Both the position numbers and the translations under genes were made by a program. The notes below the pieces were generated by a model, which was given only the letters and a program-made list of their open reading frames with translations, had not been told where the DNA came from and searched no databases. A DNA stretch of 63,350 nucleotides, the filler included, from Octopus bimaculoides (lineage: Eukaryota), in assembly GCF_001194135.2 (NCBI RefSeq). It is 6 parts of 3 records of this genome, joined end to end, with 100 filler letters (N's around TTAATTAATTAA, not from the genome) between each part and the next. Parts side by side here need not be neighbours in the genome. Positions count along the whole stretch, not along the records: positions 54,260 to 61,824 come from NC_068982.1; positions 61,925 to 63,350 come from NC_068989.1; 4 more parts are not named here. One strand, written 5' to 3'. Positions 54,280 through 63,350 of the stretch are shown piece after piece (position 1 is the stretch's first letter; every line of letters begins with the position of its first letter).

Positions 54280-54900
54280 AATTATAGAATATTTTGTATA
54301 ATTCACCCAAAAAGGTTTTTTTAACGTTCTGACTACTTATTAATTCATTAATCTTACCCAATATTATTATTAAAATTATAATTTACTCCATGATCGAAAC
54401 TGCAGTTTTTTTTTCTGCGGGATAGGTCGTAACACACACGTGGGTATAAAAGATATGTATCACATTCGGCTGTATATTTTGGGGAGTGCGGTTGAATATT
54501 AGTCATGCGATGACGCTTGATCGCGTACATATTTAATCCTAACATTCGCAAATTTATAACTCGGAGTACCACACTGAGGAGAATAATAGGTAAATGTAAT
54601 TTACTTTAAGTTCGAAACGCGTCTGGGGTTAACCGAAGTCGTGTGGAATCATCTTTTTTTTTTTTACCAACATAAAAAAGTGCGTTCTTGTCTCGGAGAT
54701 TTTTATGGTAGTTGAAAAGACATTAGCGTCTATTTCTAATTCAGTACGTGCCGAGCCACTTAGCTGACCCCTGATTATAATTATGTGTATAATTATAAAA
54801 TATTTTGTATAATTCACCTAAAAAGGGTCTTTTACGTACTGACTACTTGGTAAAATTATTAATTCATTAATAAATTAAACTCTATATTATTATTAAAATT
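54280..54900 (+). repeat. About 100-bp AT-rich direct repeats (about 54280-54380 and 54785-54900) flanking the hammerhead motif; likely tandem Penelope pseudo-LTR remnant
   Basis: Both copies share aatattttgtataattcacc.aaaa.g..ttt..acgt.ctgactactt ... attaattcattaat ... tattattattaaaattata. Confidence 0.6.
54568..54630 (+). ncRNA. Minimal type I hammerhead ribozyme of the Penelope-like-element class
   Basis: Stem I accaca/tggggt (5 of 6 pairs). Core CTGAGGA 54574-54580. Stem II gaat/gttc with an extended ggtaaa/tttact helix. GAAA 54615-54618. Palindromic ACGCGT stem III. GTC cleavage triplet 54622-54624. Confidence 0.72.
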
Positions 54901-55015
54901 ATATATACATTTATATAGTGAGAATTTACAAAAAAAAAAGAGAATACAAAATACGAAGACGGGTGTGTAAACAGCAAACAAATGTATTAGTTTAACGCTC
55001 GGGAAGTGAGAAAGT

Positions 55016-55052
55016 CTTTTACGTTTCGAGCCTACGCTCTTCGACAGAAAGG
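55016..55052 (-). ncRNA. Variant-core minimal hammerhead-like motif in a Penelope-like terminus
   Basis: Minus strand reads ccttt-CTGTCGA-A-gagc-gtag-gctc-GAAA-cg-TA-aaag: 4-bp stem I, perfect 4-bp stem II with tetraloop, palindromic ACGT stem III. The core has T at conserved position A6. Confidence 0.5.
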
Positions 55053-55539
55053 AACAGAAATAAACAGGGAGAGAAAATAGAAAAAGGCTTAGTGGCTGGC
55101 GATCTATCATGGCGAATGCCGGACTGAGGGGTCACACAGGAGAGCTACGAAGGGGAGGTAATAAAGTATTGGTGATCCCAAAACGAAGGTGTGCGTGCGT
55201 GTGGAAGGGGGCTGGTGACATTAACGTGTGCGTGTGTGCATGTGTAGGTGTGTCGACGATGGTTTAGGTACTGGGAAGTGGTCAGTGCTAGTGTGTGCGG
55301 GGTGATGTAATGTGGTGTGGCATAGTGATGTGTGGTTTTGTGGTGTGGTGGTGGTGATGTATATATATATATCATTGCCCGTCATGAGCCTCATTTGAAG
55401 ATCTGCTAAAAACAATCTCACTGCCCGTTGTTCGTTATATTTAAAGTGATTTGCTTTTGTACGTTGCATTTGAAGAGATTTGTTTAACAATATTTAGTAA
55501 AGTTTGTCATTATTAGCTCAGGCTAATTTGAGAGGACAT

Positions 55540-55888
55540 TTTATGTCATAAATCGCAATTTTGAACTACAAAAATATAGAGCGTTTTGAAAACTCACTTT
55601 TCTTTTTTGCATTTCCCATCTATAGCATTCATTGATATTTCATACACATTCGCATTTGATACTATAGTTACAGAAAAACTAAAATGTTTATTATTACAAT
55701 TGAATAGCAAAGGATAAATATGCTTTTTTTTCAGCGATCCCCATTTGGGATTTTTCGAAAATTTTATCATAATTTCCAAAATAATTCATATATGAAGAAA
55801 ATTTAAATACTGTATATTATTTGAATTACTAATAGACTTGGCAAAGCCAAAAAATATGAATAAAAAAATTTGGCAGTTAATGGGTTAA
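55540..55888. mobile_element. Possible end of a piggyBac-like MITE (ends ...GGG-TTAA)
   Basis: Ends ttggcagttaatgggTTAA; the matching left end was not found. Confidence 0.3.
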
Positions 55889-56283
55889 ACCAGTCCTTAA
55901 TACAGAGCTATATGTTGTTATCTGACTGACTGGGTGGTGATGCAAATACCATTCTGTGTCTTAGAATGAGGTTGTCAGTGGGTACATGCTACAGGCAAAG
56001 CTCAGAAAGGCAGAAAAGCGCATCTAGAGTTCTCACCAACGCTACTGTACTGTTTTCACCTGCTATTGATATATCTGTTGAGTTATTTATCACAGTTCAT
56101 CCATAAGTGATAATGCCTCCAAACGAATACCGCAGTTAATTTGGCCTTCCATGATGTATTTGCATTAAGTAATATTCACTGATGGCTCTTTTACTCTAAT
56201 TCTGCTAATGTTGCAAATAGCCAATATATGTATAAGAGTGTGTGTGTGTGTATAAATATATGTATGTATATTTATATATGTAT

Positions 56284-56357
<74 letters not shown>

Positions 56358-56829
56358 CATTNNNNNNNNNNNNNNNNNNNNNNNNNNNNNNNNNNNNNNN
56401 NNNNNNNNNNNNNNNNNNNNNNNNNNNNNNNNNNNNNNNNNNNNNNNNNNNNNNNNNNNNNNNNNNNNNNNNNNNNNNNNNNNNNNNNNNNNNNNNNNNN
56501 NNNNNNNNNNNNNNNNNNNNNNNNNNNNNNNNNNNNNNNNNNNNNNNNNNNNNNNNNNNNNNNNNNNNNNNNNNNNNNNNNNNNNNNNNNNNNNNNNNNN
56601 NNNNNNNNNNNNNNNNNNNNNNNNNNNNNNNNNNNNNNNNNNNNNNNNNNNNNNNNNNNNNNNNNNNNNNNNNNNNNNNNNNNNNNNNNNNNNNNNNNNN
56701 NNNNNNNNNNNNNNNNNNNNNNNNNNNNNNNNNNNNNNNNNNNNGCGCGCGCGCGTGTATGTGTACAATTACAAACATACACATACATTTATGTAGATAC
56801 ACGCACATACAAACATACACACACACACA

Positions 56830-56870
<41 letters not shown>

Positions 56871-57229
56871 CCTCATATATACATCGGGACTTCTGCTTTA
56901 TAATTTGAGGCAGACGTTTCAGCTGTGCTTTCTCAACATTCAGTCAAATAAAACAAGGAAGGAAAGGAACGAAAATTATAAAATAAATAAATCAATCAAT
57001 AGTATTCTTTAAAAAATACAGTAGTCACTCGCCAGAAATTCCAGTGGATCGTCCATTAATGTTTTGAGGTCAGCCACAGGTCAGCTTAATGTCACCTTTG
57101 GGTCATTTTCCGTGGTGAGAGGGTGTGATTGAGAATGACAATAAGTTGAAAATAGCTTAGAACGAACGACTGATGTTTTCTTTGAGTACCAACAAATAGC
57201 TGGCAGACTGGTTGGATGCTGTTACTGTT

Positions 57230-57500
57230 GTTGTTGTTGATACTGTTGTTGTTGTTGTTGTTGCTTCTGTTGTTTAGCCACGGGTTCACCTTAATTGAGC
57301 AGACAAACTTATGATCAAATGCGATACGATCTTTTTATCATCACGTCAGATTTAGTATAATTATATTTGCTGTGCATATTATCAAATACGTCTCTTTAAG
57401 ACAGTAGGGCATGATTTGGTGATTTGGTAGGAATGTGGCTGCTTTTTTTTCTTTCTTTTTTTTTTTTTTTTTTTTTTCTTAGCAGATCAAGTTATAACGA
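57230..57500 (-). mobile_element. Family-G retroposon with (CAA)n tail (other copies about 19400-20080 split, 21195-21380, 38870-39030)
   Basis: (ttg)n-tttagcc...ttgagcagac...tgatcaaa...ttaagacagtaggg..tgattt...ggctgct..t.tagcagatcaag. Confidence 0.6.
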
Positions 57501-57912
57501 ACTAATTTAATCGTTTCAGCTAAAAGATGTTATTTGGCCTCCAATCAGATCTTGCACCATTGGGATCTTTCTGATTTGGCGGACACCATTTTTTATTTAG
57601 TTTTTATTTAGTGCTTTCTACCGAAGCACTTTAAAACTTCGTATACTTGTATATTTTGTCTTATAGAGCAGAGAAAAAGTTTTATATTCGAAGTTATTTC
57701 ATGTTAAAAGTTGTCGTATTTTGGTAATTTCAATCAATCACTGACGTCTATTGAGGTGAAAACAGTTACTGTTGTAGTTTGTCAACAGCACGTTGTGGCG
57801 GTGTAATGGGATCTTTTCCCTTGAATAAAATTACTGCCGTTGTTTGTCAACAACAACTATCAGCGGTACTGCTATTTATGACATCGTTCGTGCGTTTGTA
57901 TTGGTTTTAGCT

Positions 57913-57972
57913 TTAGGGATTTAGGGTTAGGGTTAGGGTTAGGGTTTTAGGGTTAGGGCTAGGGTTAGGGTT
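57913..57972 (+). repeat. Interstitial telomeric-type (TTAGGG)n tract, about 9 imperfect units
   Basis: ttagggatttagggttagggttagggttagggttttagggttagggctagggttagggtt. Confidence 0.9.
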
Positions 57973-58648
57973 ATGAGTATTTTTGCCAAATTTGGTAAAA
58001 ATCTGTTCAATACACCGCCACAAATTTAGCACGGACTGGAAAAGTGACCAAGCCATGACTATCCCGTCTTTAGGATACGTGAGGTTCAGGTATACTGTAT
58101 CTACATCAAACTGAGTCTGTGATTTCAGAAAGTTGGTTGTTTATTTAGACCAAACTATTCTGTAGCAATTCCTTCTTCCGCTCGGAATTTAGCGAGAATT
58201 TTCTTTAATTCTCAAGAATATTACAAAGGACTCTTTTCCATTACAGACACAATCACTTCCTGGTTTTCATTTTCAGTATACCCCTATCTTTTAGGCCACT
58301 GGTTTTTACTTTTCTGCTCTTTTTTCGGGGTTTTTTTTTTCCATTTTTTATTCCAATGTTTCTGTGACAGGAACGACTTCCTCCCTTCTATCCTAGTGCT
58401 TACTCAACTTTTTGGTCAAATACAAATACTTTTCGATCTTTTCTTCTTTGCTTTGCTTTGTTTTTCTCTATAATGGGCACAGGTATTGTTGTATAAATAA
58501 CGAATTCGATTAGCAACCATATGGATCCACTTTCTAAACATACAGTGCGAGTTTGGCAAAGTGCTTCTGCTTTTCCACCACAGTTTAGAATGGACCAAAT
58601 GCCTTGTGGTTGAAATTTGGTCTGCTGGGGACTGTGGGAAATATCATC

Positions 58649-58725
<77 letters not shown>

Positions 58726-59099
58726 TGTGTGTGTCTGTGTGTGTGTCTGTGTGTGTGTGTCTGTGTGTGTCTGTGTGTGCGTGTGTGCGTGTGTGTACGT
58801 GCATGCGTATGTATGCGTCTACTGGTGTAAATAATTCGTGGTTTTATGACGCCAAAATAATTCCCTAAAAGAGATATACCCAACACGATGGCTTAGCCAT
58901 TCCATAAATATATATCAATAAAATGTGTACCAATCTAAGAACTGGGGTCGATATAATTGACTAAAACCCTTGAAAAATGGTGTCTCCGAATGGCTGCAAT
59001 TCAACGACTGGAAGCAAAACAAGACAAAATGAATGAATATCTGATTACCATGCCTATATTATTACACGGTCAGTTTCTACATTAAACCCTACTCCAACA

Positions 59100-60005
59100 G
59101 CAGCAAGCAATTTCAGTAACAATTTCTGGTTGAAGACTGTGCTGTTTTTCCATTCATATTTCCTATTAATATCCCAGAGAACCTTTTCCCTTTTCTTGTA
59201 CGATTTTATTCTATATCCTACGTGTTGCGTCTTGCTGTATTCATATAACTAGCTGTTCGCACACACACACACACGCACATCATGATATATTCGTGTCTAG
59301 TTTTCTGTATATCCGACACTTACAATCTTGCTGGCGTCTGTCTATTTTTGTTTCAGGAAGGTTTATCTAATTGCTTGTTCTTGCGCAACTGTAATCAGGG
59401 GATTTTGTTCCCCTTCTTTAATCCTCCAGATTTCAGTCAAGCCAACTGTTCTTCTGCTGTTATGTCTTCTGTTTGCCTGACAAACAGAATTTGTAACACT
59501 TTTTCTTTTCAAAGTTTTACATCATTATTTCCTTTTTAGCTTGTTTTGTTTTTTGTTTATTGTAATCTTTTTTTGCTGCTTCTGTGCAAACGCCATAAAT
59601 CTTCCTGACAGCAAATATAAGACCCTTCCACCCCACCCTCCTCACATTCCCTTTATATGCCTCTCCAGCTCTATAATTGTTAAGTGTACTGTGTCTTTTA
59701 CATTGAGTAACCCTCTGTCTTCTTTATATTGCTATATGTACTCATTCTATTAATGTTGCTTGGTCAATGTAACCCTATTGTGCATTGTTAAAAATACTTC
59801 TTGTGCGTCTAACCATTCCATCCAATTCATTTTCTGGCCACTGCAAAAAGAAAATCTGCAGAATGTCTCAAAATAAGGAATACTCACAGGTTGGTTCCTT
59901 TAATGACGTTCATTCTGTTTAGTCTTATTTCTATGATCTTTCCTGACCTTCTTCTTATATTTGTCTCTATCGTTGTTCTTTCGATTCCATCAGCTCGTCG
60001 TCCAA
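59100..60005 (-). mobile_element. Decayed R4/Dong-like LINE (RT C-terminus to zinc knuckle)
   Basis: Minus-strand pieces in the expected order: KIIEIRLNRMNVIKGTNL, ELDGMVRRTR, KEDRGLLNVKDTV, KEKVL...VRQTEDI..EEQLA*LKSGGLKK, LITVAQEQAIR, QDCKCRIY. Multiple stops and frameshifts. Confidence 0.75.
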
Positions 60006-60018
60006 TCAAATATGTGGT

Positions 60019-60111
60019 ACTATGGGCAAGTGTCTTCTACTATAGCCTCGAGCCGACCAAAGCCTTGTGAGTGGATTTGGTAGACGGAATCTGAAAGAAG
60101 CCCGTCGTATA

Positions 60112-60149
<38 letters not shown>

Positions 60150-60385
60150 CATATGGGTATGTGTGTGTATATGTTTGTGTGTCTGTGTTTGGCCCTCCAA
60201 CATCGCTTGACAACCGATGCTGGTGTGTTTAGGTCCCTGTAACTTAGCGGTTCGTCGAGAAAGGTCGATAGAATAAGTACTAGGCTTACAAAGAATAAGT
60301 CCTGGGGTAGATTTGCTCGATTAAAGGCGGTGCTCCAGCATGGCCGCAGTCAAATGACTGAAACAAGTAAAAGAGTAAAAGAGTA
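60019..60385 (+). mobile_element. Well-preserved 5'-truncated composite B-C SINE
   Basis: gggcaagtgtcttctactatagcc...(ta)n...gataagtactaggcttacaaagaataagtcctgggg...aaacaagtaaaagagtaaaagag. Confidence 0.85.
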
Positions 60386-60389
60386 TATC

Positions 60390-60702
60390 CTTCGCCGGTG
60401 CCACGTAAATGCGCCCGTGCCGGTGCCACCTGTAAGTGCCCGTAGCTGCACCACCAAAAAGCGCCTGTGCCGGTGCCACCCTAAAAGCTTCCGTGCCTAT
60501 GCCACGTAAAAGCACTCGTACACTCTGCACACTCTGTACACGCTGTACACTCAGCAAAGAGATTAGCGTTGGGGAAGGGGTCCAACGGTCGAAACCATGC
60601 TGAAACAGAAAAGAGAGACCGAACCGCTCTCTAGCAGGCAGTCCGACCGTCCAATCCATGCCCGCATGGAAAACGGACGTTATATGATGATGATGATGAT
60701 GC

Positions 60703-60740
<38 letters not shown>
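60390..60740 (+). mobile_element. RTE 3'-UTR copy with internal ~24-bp tandem units and a long (GAT)n tail
   Basis: Repeated gtgccggtgccac.taaaagc.. units; ccaatccatgcccgcatggaaaacggacgttatatgatgatg, (gat)n to about 60740. Confidence 0.75.
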
Positions 60741-61535
60741 CCTTTTAATGATCATATTGTCTTAATACTTGTGAAATGTGATTCACGAGATTTAATCATT
60801 TTCCTCAGGAAATTTCTAAATATTGTACACTTGTTAATACCAAATTACACCCTAATATCTCTTAAAAATTCTATCACACTACATCAAAGAATTTATCTTT
60901 CTCGGTTTTCGACTAAAGTTTAAGGTGTTCTATGAACATTAGCCGGTTGATTCCTTCATTACATTTCACTCGATGTTACCTTGGTTTGTTCTTTCATCAT
61001 AAATAACACAGTACGGAATAAAGCAATGTTAAATACGAATGGGAATCATGAATTGTCCTGGTTAATAATACTTGTTTAAATCCCAGTAAATCGCAACAAC
61101 CTTTGACTTTATCTATGCCGGGATTGTGTATCTGCAATGTTGAGGAAGGTAAGACTGTCGTATGCTTACTGGAGAATGTTCATGGATGAAGGCTTGTTAG
61201 TAGATGTCTACATTGTATGTGTGTTCACTCACATGCAATGTAGACTAGTGGTTTTGTGATGAACCGAATAGATTCTCATACAGTGAACTACTGCTTGGTT
61301 GTATCTGGTAAAGTGTTATTTCTAGAGGAGAACGAACAGGCATGGGAGTCTCAATGTGATTACTTGACTTGCAACAAATAGCACCTAAGAGTCACGTCAT
61401 AGAGAGTTCAGACCAGTGAGACAATAACAGCAGAAAGAATCGGAGAAATCATCGGATACAAGTTCATCATATTCCCGGAAGAACCGAGCAGGGATATTAG
61501 GAGAGCTCCGAGTATTAGTTCTCCCTGAAGATCTG

Positions 61536-61824
61536 GCACTCTTTTACTCTTTTATTTGTTTCAGTCATTTGACTGCGGCCATGCTGGAGCACCGCCTTTA
61601 GTCGAGCAAATCGACCCCAGGACTTATTCTTTGTAAGCCTAGTACTTATTCTATCGTTCTCTTTTGCCGAACCGCTAAGTGACGGGGACATAAACACACC
61701 AGCATCGGTTGTCAAGCAATGCTAGGGGGACAAACACAGACACACAAACACACACACATATACATATATATGCATACATATATACGACGGTCTTCTTTTC
61801 AGTTTCCGTCTACCAAATCCACTC
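61536..61824 (-). mobile_element. Composite B-C SINE on the minus strand, truncated by a gap
   Basis: ttttactcttttatttgtttcagtcatttgactgcggccatgctggagcaccgcc...agtttccgtctaccaaatccactc. Confidence 0.85.
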
Positions 61825-62288
61825 NNNNNNNNNNNNNNNNNNNNNNNNNNNNNNNNNNNNNNNNNNNNTTAATTAATTAANNNNNNNNNNNNNNNNNNNN
61901 NNNNNNNNNNNNNNNNNNNNNNNNATATATATATATATATGAGGGAGTGCTGGAAAGCTCCCGGCTTTAAGGGTATTGTGAAAGCCTGGTTAGAGGCCCA
62001 AACTTCTGAGTTCTTTTACAGGACTTAGAAAAACTGAAGGATTGCTGCAATAAGTGTATGAATCTGATAGAAGAATATGTTGCATAAAATCGTAATTAAC
62101 TGATCTTTTACCTAAAGACAAGAAGTTTTAAGCACCCCCTCCCCTCGTATATATAGGTGTTATTATGCCTTAAAGTCTGACTTGATAAACAAAGAATCTA
62201 ATTTGGAAAGCAACAATGCTTCAAAATGGTAAAACTGTTCTGTTATTATGTATAATATTTTGGTATTCCTCTCTGTTTTATTTTTTAG

Positions 62289-62386
62289 GCTTTGTTGGCC
62301 TGCAAGCTCTACAAGGCAATGGCACATGAAGCTGACCAAGATGATCTTGAAGTTGACATATCAGATGAACTCAGGAAATTTGCTGA
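62289..62386 (+). CDS. TRPM: Internal coding exon of a TRPM (melastatin) cation channel, TRPM1/3/6/7 or Drosophila Trpm-like, MHR4 region
   Basis: Acceptor ctctgttttattttttag| and donor GA|gtaagt; 98 nt, phase 0-2. Translates ALLACKLYKAMAHEADQDDLEVDISDELRKFA(E/D), matching remembered TRPM3 [28 protein letters not shown] and fly ALVACKLYKAMAHEAAEDDL. Confidence 0.92.
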
Positions 62387-63350
62387 GTAAGTATATGTGT
62401 TTGTGTGAATGTATATGCGTATTTATTTGTGTTATATATGTCGATGTGTCATGTGTATACGAGTCCGTGCTGCTGGTATGGCTGTGTTGTTAAGTTTGTT
62501 TCCCAAGCATGTAGTTTCGCGTCCAGTCTTATTGTGTGCCTTCTACAACAGCCCCAGGCCAAGCAAAGTGAATTTGGTATACGACAACCAAAAAGGTCCC
62601 ATTGTATGTATGCATGCATGCACGCATGCACATGTATGTGTGTTTGCACATCCTTGTCTCGACATAGTGTGATAGTTATAAATGAGCATCACCATCATTT
62701 AAGAAGTGTTCTTTCTTTCCAATCTTCCATGAAAACATGGAAAAATATTTTCTTGCTTGGAAAGAGATGGTGGGAGGTGATAATAGGAAGGGCATCTGAC
62801 TACTGAAGTCACTGCACAGTATCGTTATATGCAAGAGAGACAACTCTACCTTGGTCAACTTGCATTAGTAGGGGAGGTAACTTTTTTGTTCTCATATTCT
62901 GTGCTGTTGTTTCTGCTTTATTATCGAAGTCAGCTGGTTAAAGATGATCTAGGATATAGTTTTAAATATGGCAACAACTTGAGATCAATTGAGATTTCAG
63001 GCTGAGAGATATCACAGTCTGTTTTAGGATATATAATTGTGGTGCGATGGAGGAAGAAGACAACAAGAAGCAAAAGGACAGAATGAAGCGTTGGACCTTA
63101 CCTTGCCGACCGCAGCGGGGTACACGATCGCTCCTAATCAGAACACGTCTTTCTCGTAACGTCGCTGTTTTCTCACTGGCCCCACGTGCTAGCCTTCGAC
63201 CGCGTGTCGCCGACTTCCGATCTGACCCTTCCGGTCTGGCTTCACCTCAACACATAGCTCGTCACAGCCCATAACACCACACGCCCCCCCTGATCTATAG
63301 ATCATTCAACCGGCTCTCCCACTCACTCCTTGCTCCCGAACTACCTTAAT

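Noticed and set aside
386-58886. Long poly-X, poly-I/Y/HT/CV/LSIY ORFs in the ORF track
   Set aside because: Translations of N-runs and microsatellites.
1-63350. CRISPR arrays, rRNA and true tRNA genes
   Set aside because: None seen. The tRNA-like A/B boxes all belong to SINE heads, and the repeats lack repeat-spacer regularity.

Overview
AT-rich, intron/intergenic eukaryotic DNA from a gapped draft assembly. It is very probably an octopus (coleoid cephalopod) genome, inferred from the SINE families, the microsatellite load and the artificial TTAATTAATTAA gap spacers. Most ORF-track entries are artefacts of N-runs and microsatellites. Two host genes are supported, both on +. First, the last two coding exons of beta-1,4-galactosyltransferase 7 (B4GALT7; 20958-21062 and 22112-22297). 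Second, one internal exon of a TRPM cation channel (62289-62386). The rest is repeats: several tRNA-derived SINE families (dense clusters in 0.3-11 kb), RTE and R4/Dong-like LINE remnants, Penelope-like remnants (GIY-YIG fragment, inverted terminal copies, hammerhead-ribozyme motifs), a Helitron helicase fragment, a Helentron/HINE-like element carrying a Gypsy integrase fragment, Tc1/mariner and Tigger-like pieces, and an interstitial TTAGGG tract. The best leads are: a canonical minimal hammerhead ribozyme at 54568-54630 plus a variant-core one at 55016-55052; the Helentron-carried integrase fragment; the missing upstream TRPM exons (possible same-strand nesting of B4GALT7, or a scaffold misjoin); and an unassigned 184-codon ORF at 49301-49855. 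I see no evidence for a complete new multi-gene system. Family and protein assignments come from remembered motifs, not database searches, and repeat boundaries are approximate (about +/-10-20 bp).
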